A stretch of 63,686 nt of DNA, filler included, from Folioceros fuciformis (Eukaryota), in assembly GCA_049999805.1 (NCBI GenBank). It is 13 parts of 13 records of this genome, joined end to end, with 100 filler letters (N's around TTAATTAATTAA, not from the genome) between each part and the next. Parts side by side here need not be neighbours in the genome. Positions count along the whole stretch, not along the records: positions 1 to 2,620 come from JBNGIO010001362.1; positions 2,721 to 7,272 come from JBNGIO010001363.1; positions 7,373 to 9,559 come from JBNGIO010001364.1; positions 9,660 to 13,397 come from JBNGIO010001365.1; 9 more parts are not named here. One strand, written 5' to 3'. Shown here one piece after another: positions 1 to 11,648 of this stretch (positions are counted from its first letter, which is position 1; every line of letters starts with the position of its first letter). A program made the translations under genes and the position numbers. The notes below the pieces were generated by a model that worked only from the letters and a program-made list of their open reading frames with translations, had not been told where the DNA came from and did not search any database.

Positions 1-979
1 GTTTGGCAACCTGCCAGAGTATGAAAATTCAGTGTCAACCATGTGCAGCTTCGGCAGCACCTTGAGTTCACCAGATATCGAAAGCAGTAATGAAGCGCTT
101 GCCTTAATGGACAGTCTCAGAGCAGCAACTCTCTCCTCGTTCAGCCACGCCTGAGCAATTTCATCCTTCAATTCCTTCAGCCGTGTCACATACTCCTGCT
201 GGGACAAGATCTTGACATCCTCACGAGCATGGCTGTTCGGGTCTTCCAACTCCTCTAGGCGTGCAGCAATGAGAGACTTCCCTCTCCCTGAATCAAAGAG
301 GGAACCATACAATTGATCACAACTCCGCATCATATCTGCTGCATGACAAAGAACAAAGATGAAATTGAACTCTGCACAACCTTTCGGCTCCTTGGAAACG
401 ATGTCGAATGTCTGCAGACAGACAACGGAGATCAGTCAGAAGGCTCCGACACCTCCAATACACTGCACTCTCCTAAAATTCAGCCAGGGGAGCTGACTTA
501 CGGCAGACACCGTGATGGTCCCTGTCCAGCTAAATCTCTGCATAATTGACAGCTTGGTGGCATCCCATTCTGCGGCTGCTGCATCCGCCTGCTGATCTGC
601 TGGCTTGGACCCTCGTCGTGACGGTCTCAACAGCAGGTGAACCTCGTCTGTGGATGAAGCTCCTTGCCATGAACTGGACCGCAGGGGATCATCGAAAGAA
701 GTCTCCTGCGGTTTGACGTCCCCCGGCTGGAAGGAATGAACACAATTAAGTCACATCTCACGACACTCCCACAGCAAAAAGCCGCTTTCGGGAAGGAGAT
801 GTGGGCGCCCAGACCTCTGTAACGAAGGCTCCCCCGGATGCATTGCGGTGACGGCCCTTGAGCAGCCCACCAGATCTACCCACAAGAGGATGATCATGGG
901 CCGGCTCCCTTGGCAGGACACAGAGCGCCTCCTCGGCCGCGTACTCCCGCTGCCGGAGCTGCATCGCGAAATGCGGCAT
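1..979 (-). CDS. VPS35L: VPS35 endosomal sorting factor-like (retriever subunit, C16orf62/UPF0505); 5' exons only, gene runs off the left edge
   Basis: Exons 979-815, 726-502, 411-381, 287-103 and 10-1 splice in frame to MQLRQREYAAEE..LPRE.AHDHPL...FDDPLR...EW..TKLSIMQRF...ARLEELEDP...LSQQEYVTRLKELKDEIAQAWLNEERVAALRLSIK|VAK, the N-terminal signature of VPS35L. Start is ATG 979 or 964. Confidence 0.88.
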
Positions 980-1095
980 GGTGCCTGCACCCGCACCTTA
1001 GGCTGAGAACAACTCCACCTGATCCAACTCCTATTACTGCATTTCGGATACGAGAATGCACGGGACGGTAAAGCTGCGATCAGAGCTGGAACGAG

Positions 1096-1869
1096 ATGAC
1101 TGCTGCCGCGGGCGCGGGATACACGTTGCTGGCGCTGGGCCCTGCCGTAGCGCTCTTCGTCACAGTCATCGCCCACAAGCCGCTTCTCGTGATCACAGTG
1201 CTCTCCAGCGCCTTGATTTGGCTCGTGAGCTTGATCTGCGTCTCGGCCTTCTGGCGGGCATTTCTGCCTGCATGGACGGACCCCTGGCTCTACGCCGTCA
1301 TCCTTGTGTCAGCGGTGGGGGCCCAGGAGGCGGTGCGGCTCCTCCTCTGGCGGTTCTACGGGCGCCTTCTGCAAGCCTTGGACGACCTGGCCGTGAAGCT
1401 TTCCAAGCCGAAGCTGCTGCTAACTGACAACATCCAAATTGCCCTGGCTGCAGGGCTGGGCCATGGCGTGGCGCATGTGCTCTTCTTTTGCCTGAGTCTG
1501 CTGGTTCCTGCCTACGGGCCTGCCACCTTCTACTTGGACGTATGTCCGCGCATGCCATTGTTCCTCGTCACGGCTCTCAGCTCTCTGGGTTTCCTCCTCA
1601 TCCACACCTTCTCCATGATCATCGCCTTCACCGGCTACTCCGACGGCACCAAGGCTATGCAGCTCTTCCCTCCGGGAATGCACATGTTGGCAGCTTTGCT
1701 CACTCTCGTCAACACGACCTCGCAGGGCTGCATGGTGGGTGTTCCGCTCATCCTAAGCTGCGCTGCGGTGACCCTGCTATTCTGCTGGAAAATTCTGTGG
1801 GATAAGACGGGGGAGAACGCCCATGTTCGATCCAGGATGATGGATCGTTTGCCAGTGGCTGGTCTCTGA
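1096..1869 (+). CDS. APH1: Gamma-secretase subunit APH-1, single exon, 257 aa
   Basis: Multi-TM hydrophobic ORF: MTAAAGAGYTLLALGPAV...QIALAAGLGHGVAH.LFFCLSLLVPAYGPATFY...IHTFSMIIAF. It matches plant APH1 end to end, including GxxxG and the conserved His residues. Confidence 0.96.
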   Translation: MTAAAGAGYTLLALGPAVALFVTVIAHKPLLVITVLSSALIWLVSLICVSAFWRAFLPAWTDPWLYAVILVSAVGAQEAVRLLLWRFYGRLLQALDDLAVKLSKPKLLLTDNIQIALAAGLGHGVAHVLFFCLSLLVPAYGPATFYLDVCPRMPLFLVTALSSLGFLLIHTFSMIIAFTGYSDGTKAMQLFPPGMHMLAALLTLVNTTSQGCMVGVPLILSCAAVTLLFCWKILWDKTGENAHVRSRMMDRLPVAGL

Positions 1870-2620
1870 TCGAGCACTGGGCAGGGGCTGCCATTTTCCA
1901 TGCAGGAACATCTCGGGCAGTTGTGGGTTGCGCTGCCAAGCTTCCGGAACATTGATTTACTTGTATGCGGTATCAGGAATTTTACTTGCCGCGATCCAGT
2001 CCAGTTAACAGGATTACGATGAGCTTGCTCACGCATTCAACAAAGAACTTGTAGCATTCGGCCACGTTATTGCACCTCTCCGTGAACGATCACCAAATTG
2101 GGCAGTCCTCGTGGAAGGAGGCTTTCGTCGAATGAGTGAGCCGAGAGAGTGCTGGGATAGGCTCAAGTTGGGAAGTTTATGGGCTGGATGCGTGTGGCGG
2201 TGAATCAAGTTGCTAAGTCTTGACTTGTTTTGCGGAAGTGGCAACCTGTATGACTTACGTCATGTACATATCCAGCCATTGAAACTAAGCCCTACTGCGT
2301 TATGCTGTCGGGGCCAGAAATGGGCCCCGAGTCTGCGATGGTCTCCGACTCCGCCAATTATTCCCTGGCGAACGAGGTGGCTAGTCATGCCTCCGCGGCG
2401 ACGCTTGTGGAGGAGGGCACATTGATTGATGCCTTCAGGCAAACAGACAGCTTTTCTTGCGTGTTTGCGGAACCAATTTTTGGGTTGGGAGAGTTTGTGT
2501 TCTGGACGATTTCTGATGAGGTGAGGATGTTGGGTTCCAGCGTTTCTCAGCTGGATCGATGTCGCTTGAACTGCCGGACACGTTCTAGGAATTCGTCAAT
2601 GTGCGCACGAATGGAGGAAA

Positions 2621-2720
2621 NNNNNNNNNNNNNNNNNNNNNNNNNNNNNNNNNNNNNNNNNNNNTTAATTAATTAANNNNNNNNNNNNNNNNNNNNNNNN
2701 NNNNNNNNNNNNNNNNNNNN
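2621..2720. other. Artificial contig linker N44-TTAATTAATTAA-N44. The same linker occurs at 7273-7372, 9560-9659, 13398-13497, 16517-16616, 19916-20015, 21821-21920, 31774-31873, 45163-45262, 54832-54931, 57749-57848 and 61738-61837.
   Basis: Twelve identical 100-nt blocks whose palindromic 12-mer puts stop codons in all six frames. This is an assembly artefact and the true gap sizes are unknown. Confidence 0.98.
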
Positions 2721-3350
2721 ACACTAGTCCATGCGAAGCTTAGCATTATTAATGTCTGAGGATATGACAGGAATTGCTGATGTTAGATATCCAACGATGA
2801 TAGCTGAAGAGTATCTGAACTTTGAGGGGGATGAAGGATTGAAGACTACGTATATTCCTACAAAGGACGAAATATGGCAAAAGCATTAATCCCTTCGCCT
2901 GTCAATAAGGAGGGTGAGGAGAATGATACAGCGTCAGTGGAGACCATAGCGCTAAGACCGTGTACGACAAAGGATGCTGCAGATAATGCTATGAGGATAG
3001 CGAAGATGTTTTTGGAAGAGATGCCACATAATACTCTTTGATGCTTTGAAGTTGCATTCTCAATTGGAAAAACATATTGCTAATCTTTGGATGAAAGCAA
3101 CTCGACATTAATCAAGGATTGATGATTATTTTAACCCATCAAACTAGAATTAGCTTGGCAAGTATGTAGTACAAAGGAGCATTTTGGATTTTTTTAAATC
3201 TTTTAAGCACTTTCAAATTTTTGATTTAAAGGATTTTATGATTTTTAAAATATTTTTATTTAAAAAAATGAAAATGCTTATACGGAACCCCTCTAAATGG
3301 GACGAGTTTTGCTACTCCCAATTGTTCCCAATTAAAGGGGTCTGACCGTA
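2721..3350 (+). mobile_element. Decayed 3' end of a pogo/Tigger-like (Tc1/mariner superfamily) DNA transposon
   Basis: Broken frame MIAEEYLNFEGDEGLKT...PTKDEIW...AMRIAKMFLEE...*SRIDDYF resembles the QxxIxDF/YF C-terminus of pogo/CENP-B-type transposases. The AT-rich tail ends AGGGGTCTGACCG|TA (a pogo-like CAGT-type TIR with one mismatch, plus TA) and has a subterminal inverted repeat at 3288-3340. Confidence 0.6.
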
Positions 3351-3696
3351 CTATGAGATGCCCCATACAGTCCAATGTATCCAATTTAAGTAGACTAGGA
3401 CTGGAATTTTTGAATTCACTAAGCAAACTCCCAAATGCTGGGACACGTGTCGGCAGACGGAGGCATCAACTGGGTTTCCATATCCTGTCCGCTATTCTAC
3501 CCGGTGGCCCTTGGAAGCATGGAGAACACTGGATGTGGACGGAGTGGTATTTGGATGTGGAGTTGGAAGGCAGCGAACGCGCTGGCCAGAGGCTCAGGGA
3601 GTTCTCAGGGCAGAGCGGAGTATGCATAGGGATTAATCTTTGGCAGGAGCCCAGCAAGTGCACAGGACTGAACTGTGGAGGGGCCAGGTTGTGGGC

Positions 3697-5971
3697 ATGG
3701 CTAGCACATTCGCGCTAAGGAGACCTCCCTTGCTGTCCAACGCAGTCCTGGACAACCAGTCCAGGTTGTTGGACTCACAGGAGGCATGTGGGAAATGCGC
3801 GTTATCCTACTCCAGATTCCCAGCTTTGAGGAATCCCAAACACGGAGGCAAGGAACCGCAAGCAGGATTCTTCGGAATTGTGCAGAACCTGCAGCTCTCG
3901 GAGAGGAGCTGGGGGCATGTGGCCAGTGCCACCTCCATCCCCTCCCAGACCCAGCTACATGCTGAGGTGCCCCTGTCTACAGGGATCAGCGTAGGCAAAC
4001 TGGCGATACAGGGCCCGCGGGAGGAGATGGAGGATGACTTCGTGGTGGAGCTCAATGCGCCCAAAGGGTTCACTTATGTAGGAGTGTTCGATGGGCACGC
4101 GGGCCTCTCGTCGGTCCAGTTTCTGAGGTACTGCCGGCTTACTGCGGCTGCCTGGGCTGTGGAGCTTTAGTGGAAGAGTCTTGGGCCACTAATCTTGGAT
4201 AAGCCTGGCAGGTGTATGATGATTGCGAGCATGATACCTTGTCACCATACTTGTACAGGGAGGAACTATACAAGGAATGCATTTCTGCATTAGAGGGTGG
4301 AAGTTTGCTGGAAATTGACGACTCTTCAGGTGCAGAAGCTGCAGTAACAAGTGCCTTTCTTCAGACTGACGAAAGGCTACTGGCAAGGTCTCGACTTCCT
4401 TGGACTGTCCCTGATGCAGCCATGGTTGACAGAAATCATGTGCTCTGGCGACAATTCTGAATACTGCTGGCTCTTATGCACACCCTCGTTTGCTGTGTCT
4501 GGAAATAGGTTGCAAGAACCTGGAGCGCAGAAGGAATCTGGGGCTACTGCAACGGTCTTGTTCGCACGGGAGGACCGATTGTTGGTTGCGCATGTTGGGG
4601 ACTCCCGTGCGGTACTGGCCATGTTTATTGAAGCTTCCCTCCTGGTCTCTGTCCACCAAGTTGTGGACTCGTCGTCCGCATCGCATGGTTTTGTCCTTGC
4701 TTGGATGCTCATTCCTGCTTTCGGGGCATGTGGGCGCGGTTCAGGTGCTGTGCCGCGCTGGGAAAGCTGAACAACTGTCTGAGGATCATCGTCCTTATAG
4801 CAACAAGAAGAAATCGCTTGCCGAGGTCCAACGAATCAAAGATGCCGGTGGCTGGGTAGGGAATAGCTCGATAGCCTTTCAAGAAGCTTAGGGATTTTGA
4901 GAAGCCCTATGAGCTTGCTGGAGCTGACGGTCCAGCGTCATTCTTTTCCTCCAGGTGACACATGGGCGCGTCTGCGGAAACCTGTCTGTGTCGAGAGCAT
5001 TTGGAGACATCTCATTCAAGACGGAGAGAGAACGGTGTGTTTGCGTCACTGGTGTACAATTGGTTAACGTCCTGTTGTGATGGACAAGCGTAACCTCCCT
5101 GCTGTCATGCTCGCAGGTTAATCGAGGAAGGGGTTAAGATGAGATCATGGACAAGGGCATTTGCGTCTAGGTAAGGTTTTGCGAATATCGGATGCAGATG
5201 TCTTTGCCTTCGATGATGCCTGTCGCTGGGAATATTGCTCCAGGGATGCCACCTGACAGTGCAGGGCCTGGTGCAAACTGTTGGTATGTTTATGGTATGG
5301 ATGGATGTACAGTGTTCACGTCAAAGGGGATTGGATCACGGCATTGCCGGATATTTCCTGCATGGAACTTTCTCCAGACGTGGAATTTCTCATCGTGGCC
5401 ACAGATGGATTATGGGACACGCTGAACAAGTAGGTGCCTCGCATCCCCTGCACCATGTTCCAAAGTGGCGTCACTGAAGGACTTTTAATCACTGACCGAG
5501 TCACTAAATCTGTGTTGTCTGCAGTGACGAAGCTGTTCGATTGGCGAGACGGCTGTTGAAGAAGCATGGAAACGTGCAGGTGACTGACTTGTCTCAAAAT
5601 TGATCACTGCCCTGTGTTCTCAAGCCGATCTTATTGTTTTGTTGTCCGTGGCAGCTCACCTGCGAGGCTCTGGCCCAACGTGCTCTGGTGAGGTTTTCTC
5701 TTGAGATATGGTCAGATGTTAAAACTGTATGAGCATGTATGCTCACACGAATGGATTCTGCTCTGCTTCAGGATCGTAATGGTCAAGACAACGTGACGAT
5801 TGTCATACTGGACTTCGGGTAAGCATTCCTGTCTCATCAGATCGGCTGTGAAGGCTCGTTCTGGCCTCGTTTCCTAATTCGCTGAGAATCTTTATCAGGA
5901 GACGGCTTCAAGAAGAAGAAACCTGGTGGTCGAAGCTTGTGGACTTTGTGTCCTCTTTATTGGACCTGTGA
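3697..5971 (+). CDS. PPH1: Chloroplast PP2C phosphatase, PPH1/TAP38-like (LHCII state-transition phosphatase family), 11 exons
   Basis: Exons 3697-4127, 4259-4387, 4509-4611, 4745-4855, 4955-5034, 5117-5170, 5313-5429, 5525-5579, 5655-5687, 5772-5818, 5899-5971 (all GT-AG). Motifs [78 protein letters not shown], GQDN, plus a Ser/Arg-rich transit-like N-terminus. Confidence 0.9.
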
Positions 5972-6117
5972 ATGACGTAGGAAATCAAGCTACATAGTTG
6001 CTTCACCAGCCTGTAAGTTAAACGCAACCCCGTGTTGGGAAGAGCTTTGGACGTGCAGCAGGACCAAGACGTACGCTTGTCACATTGTTGTTGACGTCCG
6101 GTCGCACAGCCCGGTCG

Positions 6118-7184
6118 TCACTTGCCTTCATTCTTCCGGAGAGGGGGCCGGCTTACGGCCACCAAGTCTAAATCGAAGACATCTGAGAAAGCTTCCAGCA
6201 AGCGCTCATGTACCATGCCCAAAAGGGCGCCAGATTGTGTTTCATTCAGTTGTTCGGCCGACAGTATTTGTGCAATGCTTCCCACTGGCCGGTCGGCTAT
6301 GCCGCATGGAACTATGCGTTGGAAAGGAGACAGATCCGTGTTGACGTTGAGTGCGAGGCCATGGTAAGTGAACCACCTGGAGACACGCACACCCACGGCG
6401 GCTACCTTGGCATTGCCTGCCACAAGTTTGACAAGGCAACATCAAACAGCTGCCAGGTGCCGCGAACGAAAAGCCCAGCGAAAGAACGGGAGATAGAAAC
6501 GTACCTACCCAAACCCCAGTGAGCCCCTCCACCCGGGAGCCTACCAAACCGCACGCTGTCCGTAGCGTGCGAATCACCACCTCTTCCAGAGCTCGGAGAT
6601 ACCAATGCAAGTCCTGTCGATGGCGGCGTAGGTCGAGGATGGGATACATCACCAGCTGCAGTCTCCACCAGCTTGCATTGTCACACCTCCACGCCAGTCT
6701 GGTCGCTTAGCAGTCTAGTCACGACGACGTCCTATTTTTACAGTCGCCGACTTGACGAGCAGGATGAAATTACCTGGCCAGGACCATGATACGTGACCTC
6801 CCCGCCCCGCTCTGTGCGGTGCAGTTCAAAGGGAGGATCGTCCTTATCGAACCGCAAATACTCATCGGAGCTCCTCGTCCCCATGGTAAAGACCGGTGGA
6901 TGTTGCAACATAATGAGCGTGTCCTCACACTCCGGTTCCCCTTGTCCCAGCGCGGCACAGCGGGCATCAACCAGCGACTTCTGCCATCTCCAGGCCTCAA
7001 CATACGGCACCAGCTGGTCGAACATGTCGTAGCACTGGCACCTGAAGACATAACAAACCTCCTGGATGTAAGCACGGCCTCATCCCCGCCAGAACGAACA
7101 AGCAGCTGCCGCAACAAACCTGCGCTGCACCTGCAGATGCAGATCCGGCGTCTTCATCCGTGCCGGATGAGCTCTGCGCTCCGC
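6118..7184 (-). CDS. LIP2: Plastidial octanoyltransferase (LipB / LIP2p); 5' end lost in the gap
   Basis: Exons ~7184-7120, 7041-6774, 6655-6504, 6416-6118 give [94 protein letters not shown]. Confidence 0.93.
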
Positions 7185-7372
7185 CTGAAACATAGAAACT
7201 GTAAAAATGTGTGGCGACAGCGACAACAGTTGAGAAAAGGCGAGGCGAGCGCGGTAGAGGAGAATCACTGAGNNNNNNNNNNNNNNNNNNNNNNNNNNNN
7301 NNNNNNNNNNNNNNNNTTAATTAATTAANNNNNNNNNNNNNNNNNNNNNNNNNNNNNNNNNNNNNNNNNNNN

Positions 7373-9559
7373 GTGGTAGGAGTTCCTCATGAGCCTTGGC
7401 TTCTACAGCTCTGGACTCTGGGGTTCCTTCTAGGGGTAAGACTTTTTTCAGCTTAGCTACGTACATGAACCTGCCAGAGGCAATGGCTATATTGAAAGCA
7501 GATACTGCAAACAACTAATTGTCGGGGGTATATTGTTCACCCTGCATGGTGTATGTCTTGTCCCCCTTTGTAAGACTCACTATGTTAGACAACTAGTCTA
7601 TGTCTAATGTGTGGGTATGCTTGGCCAGCCAGGGCTTACCAATAATAATGTCATGACACAAGGACGACATTACAGTCAGCTTGAAGACTTCTGCAAAACC
7701 ACCTGGGAAGGTGACTAGTGCATCAGTCCACTCTTCCTTGCTGGTTTCATGCTCGCCCAATGGTGTCACTACTGTGGACACATGTCCTGAGGTACGGATC
7801 TGCAGGCCAACCTTTCCATCAGTGGATCTCGACACATAATGATGATTGGCACCAGAGTCTATTAGGGCTGTGGCTCGGGCACCTTCTAGACCAACCTCTA
7901 GTTTGATGGGCACATGGGTCAGGTAACCCTCTTGGAGATTTGACTTCCTTGAGACCATTGCAGTTATGGCATGGGTACTGACCTCGGTTGTGTTGATGGC
8001 ATGTCCGCTCTTGGGAGGGTTTGGGTTTGGTTGGCTCACTCTGGTGGTCTTCCCAGTTCCTCTCAACCAGCTGATGAAGTCCTTGCGGAAAGGGCAGTTC
8101 TTTGAACCGTGGTCTTGTGCCATGCAAGTGAAACATTTCCTCTTCTCACTGTATCCCTTCTTCTCCTCCTCCGTCAGTATTTTGAAAGTTGGTTTCTTGT
8201 TTGACGCGTTAGCTGTCTTGTTCCACTTAGGCTTGGAGGGACCTGCGGAAGAGAAGTGTTTGTATTTGTTCATACCATAATTGATGGCTGCTCGCATCGC
8301 TTCGACCAAAGTTGCTAGGTTTGTTTGGTTCACATCCGCTCTCATGTCAAATTTCAGTCCGTCGATGAATTTCTCGATCTTTTGCTCCTCATCCAGCCTG
8401 GGCATGTCAAGTGTGAGTTGGAGAAACTTATCGCAGTACTCTTGTACACTACCTTGTTGGAATATCTTTTGGAATTGTTGATACAAGTCTCTGCAATGAT
8501 TCACTAGTAGGAATTGTTCCAAGAAGAGCTACTTGAGGACTAGCCAGGAGTACACAGGCGGTTCCATGCCGAGGTCCACCTATTTTTCTCTCTAGCGCCA
8601 CCAACGGTAGGCATATCCTTCAAGCGACATCACGTAGAACGGGATCTTTTGCAAATCGTCTTTGTCAGAGGCTACAAGGTACTTGTTGAGTTTGTCCAAC
8701 CAGTCATGCACACTTTGAGCATCTTTGGCACTTCCATCCAACGTTGTGGTCTTGATTTTCTGGAGTAACTCCTTGTCGAGCTGGGGCTTCGGTTTGAACG
8801 GGTATTCTTCTCCCCCTTGAGCTTCTCCACTCGATCGACCTCGTTGGCGCTCCCAATGCTCATGTCTCATCATCTACAGACGCCTCACCATTGCTTTGAT
8901 GTCTTTGTTCTCTTCCTCGCCAGGTTGGAGTTCTACGATGAGTTTCTTCCTCAACTCCCCATCCTCCAGGTGGGATTCCCTCTCAGCACAAGGTACGGTG
9001 GTGTACCTCCGTTCTTCTCCCCTTCCCGTGTCTTGACGGGTTGCTCCTAATAGTCTTCCATCCACAGGTGTGGAGAGGTGTGTCCCGTCCACCAATGGTA
9101 CGGGTCTGGTCACCTCAGCGTCCAAGGGTGGGAACTGGTGAGCGCCTGGGGGTGTTGGTTGCTCCAGCGTATGGAGCACACCCTCTAGCTGCCTCTCCAG
9201 TCGGGCTTGGCCCTCCCCCACCTGGACTTCAATCCGATCGACAGCCCGCTCTACCTTAGCCAGCTGTTGGTCTTGTCGAGACAAGGATGAGCGCAATTCA
9301 TCGCAGGTATGTTTGACGTTGGCTGTCCTTTCCTCCATTCTTCGCAAGGTGTCTGTTCGATTTGCTTCACTCCCGGTTGGCTCACCGATTGTGTTCTGTG
9401 CAGGAGGGTGGCGTGATTCCGCTGGAGTGCTGTGCTTCCTCGGGCGTCCACGTCGCCGGCTTACCTACTATGAGGCATAGTCAGCAAGAATTCATGGAGC
9501 GTCTGGTTCGGGGTCCAACCTCTGCAACTGATTCTCGACCTCCTCTCAAGCCAGGAGGC
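7373..9559 (-). mobile_element. Ty3/gypsy LTR retrotransposon gag-protease region, inactivated by in-frame stops
   Basis: ORFs 9347-8874 and 8873-8592 are separated only by a TAG and 8522-7593 continues downstream. Retrotrans_gag motifs (QQGSVQEYCDKF..L, KFIDGL), a CCHC knuckle CFTCMAQDHGSKNC, and an aspartic protease ALIDSGANHHYV...DIIIGKPWL. Confidence 0.9.
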
Positions 9560-9659
9560 NNNNNNNNNNNNNNNNNNNNNNNNNNNNNNNNNNNNNNNNN
9601 NNNTTAATTAATTAANNNNNNNNNNNNNNNNNNNNNNNNNNNNNNNNNNNNNNNNNNNN

Positions 9660-10213
9660 TCGACCTGTCCACTCTTGTTCCTTGCTTGGTCAAGTGTTGT
9701 AGGCCGGCCATGTCTCATGGCGTCTGGTAAGGTTGTGGGGAGGAGATACCCAAGAGGGGAGTGTGTTCCCTTCGTCCTTTTGTTTGGAGTTAGTCTAGTG
9801 ACTCTTGCCGGGTAGGAGGAGTCAGTAGGGAAGTGTACAAGGTAGTGGTGTCGTTGCTAGTTGCTAGTAGTTGCTGGTGTTGGTGCTGGAGTGAGAGAGT
9901 GAGTGAAGTGTGTGAGGGAAGTCGCAGATCTGAGAGGTTAGGGTCGTTGTAGTGACTGGAGTGAGTTTGTGGGCACCGAGAGAGGTGCAGCTGACCACCG
10001 GACAGCGAGGCCTGTCCTACGCCTGATCGGAGCTGGAGGGGAGCCCTCGAATCCATTATCGAGTTGATCAAGTCCGACCCTCCATCCACAGCAGCAAGGA
10101 ACCCCATCGCTCCTTCGTGGGAACAAAACCCAATGTCTCAACGACAGTGGGATAAGTGTGGCCACTAAAGGTGGAATCCGTTGGCAATCAGTGCTCGGGG
10201 TTTTGCCTCCACA
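9660..10213 (+). mobile_element. LTR terminal segment (family A, copy 1) ending ...GCCTCCACA; cut by the contig edge
   Basis: Near-identical inverted match to 12312-12856; the shadow ORFs 9790-10107 and 12418-12726 are almost identical. Homology stops exactly at a CA/TG dinucleotide. Confidence 0.65.
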
Positions 10214-10452
10214 AAGAGCTGAAGGACTGAAGATCTGGAGTGTGAGTTGTGTGAGCTGAAGTGAAGAAGAGAGGGCTGAAGTGGGGATCATGAAAAGTTG
10301 AAGAATTGAAGATCTGGAATGTGAGTTGTGTGAGCTGATTTGAAGATAGGCTAGGCTTTTGGCCCCCTTGTTGTGTGCATGTGGATAGGTCTATGGACCA
10401 GTTGATAGGTAGAAGTGTGAGTAGATAGCTGTGGGTGTTCCTTGACACTAGT

Positions 10453-11340
10453 TCACTCCCTTGGGAGCGAATCATAAGACTCCAACGACAATAAGGGGAG
10501 GTGTGGTCCTTTGGTGTTTCTTGGGTGCAAGAAATCACTCCACACTCTTCTACTAGCGGAACCAAAGATCTGGGACCTGTATACCCGGGAAAGGAAGTCC
10601 TGTGACCACAGCCCCTTAAAGCCTTGGATCACATCATCCCTATTCCTAGGCTTGGCTAAGAGAAGGAAGGTTTTAACCTCCAAGAAGCTGCGCCATATAG
10701 AGGCAAAGAGAGGGGAGCAGTCCTTGGTGTCCAACAGGGGTCTATTCGCTAGTAGGTTGTCCATAGGCCTCCACCCCCGAGCAACAGCTTGATTTTGCTG
10801 TAAAGGTGTTGGGTTAACCAACTTTTCCAAGGGTATCCCATTGGGCCCGCTGCCTTCAGAACCCATTGTGCATGTAGGACCTTCATTTTGCTCATGGGGT
10901 CCACCAACCAAAGCCCACCCCAACACCTTCTCTGAATAACATGTTATCACGCCACCTTATGGGAAGAAGAAAGCAACTCCTTAGACTTGCTCCATAAAAA
11001 GTTAGAAATAATCTGTTGCAATCTCCTCCGGTCCATCTTGCTAGGAGCCCACAAGAAGAGATAGTACCATAGGGAAGCGGTCAAAATATGGTTAATGACC
11101 ACAATTCTGCCTGCCAAACAAAGATCCAAAAGTTGTAAGCTGGTTGCCTTCCGGATGAACCTGAGGCAGACATATTTACCAATCTCCGCATTCTCATCCT
11201 CTTCCTGGAATGGCTGGCCCAGGTACTTGTGTGACGAGCCGGGCTGGACCTGTATTATGTGCCTGATGCATGCGGGAGGCTCCTCCTGCATGTTTATGCA
11301 CATCATCCTAGTCTTATTCCAAGAACACTCCATCCTTTGA
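10453..11340 (-). mobile_element. Decayed LINE (L1-type) ORF2, post-RT region
   Basis: HKYLGQPF...LCLAGRIVVINHILTASLWYY...LQQIISNFLW....HKVA is the typical KYLG / GRxxLxxxVL / FLW / VAW region downstream of non-LTR RT. The frame is broken. Confidence 0.75.
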
Positions 11341-11400
11341 GCTCAAGTTCTTTTAGATAATTTTGCTTATGATTCCAAACCCTAAGGTGGCTGCTTTCAC

Positions 11401-11648
11401 TTGTGATGGTACTTACGCACCTACTCTATTCTTTGGGGTAGAAGTTCCCCTTATGATGGCACTTATGCACCTACTCTATTCTTTGGAGTAGAAGTTCTCC
11501 TTGTGATGGCACTTGAGCACCTACTCTACCTTTGGGGTAGAAGTTCCCCTTATGATGGCACTTAAGCACCTACTCTATTCTTTAGGGTAGAAGTTCTCCT
11601 TGTGATGGCACTTGAGCACCTACTCTACCTTTGGGTATGAAGTTCTCC
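11401..11648. repeat. Tandem repeat, 5 units of 49-50 bp
   Basis: Unit TTRTGATGGCACTTRNGCACCTACTCTAYYCTTTGGGGTAGAAGTTCYCC starts at 11401, 11451, 11501, 11550 and 11600. Confidence 0.92.

Noticed and set aside
2290..2620. Minus-strand frame SSIRAHIDEFLERVRQFKR... interrupted by stops
   Set aside because: Could be a gene end or a decayed TE, but it is cut by the gap and no family is recognisable.
2665..2676. Recurrent TTAATTAATTAA palindrome (12 copies) and ORFs containing X runs
   Set aside because: Always centred in identical N44 flanks, so it is an assembly linker; ORFs crossing it are artefacts.
7373..9347. In-frame stops in the gypsy frame (and in the nicotinamidase at 42775) rescued by U-to-C editing or readthrough
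   Set aside because: Reverse editing is known for organellar transcripts, not nuclear ones. Multiple stops (plus a frameshift in the nicotinamidase) fit ordinary mutational decay.
9790..10107. Duplicated 105/102-aa ORFs (also 12418-12726) as a gene pair
   Set aside because: They lie inside the inverted LTR copies, and the conservation is simply DNA-level identity.
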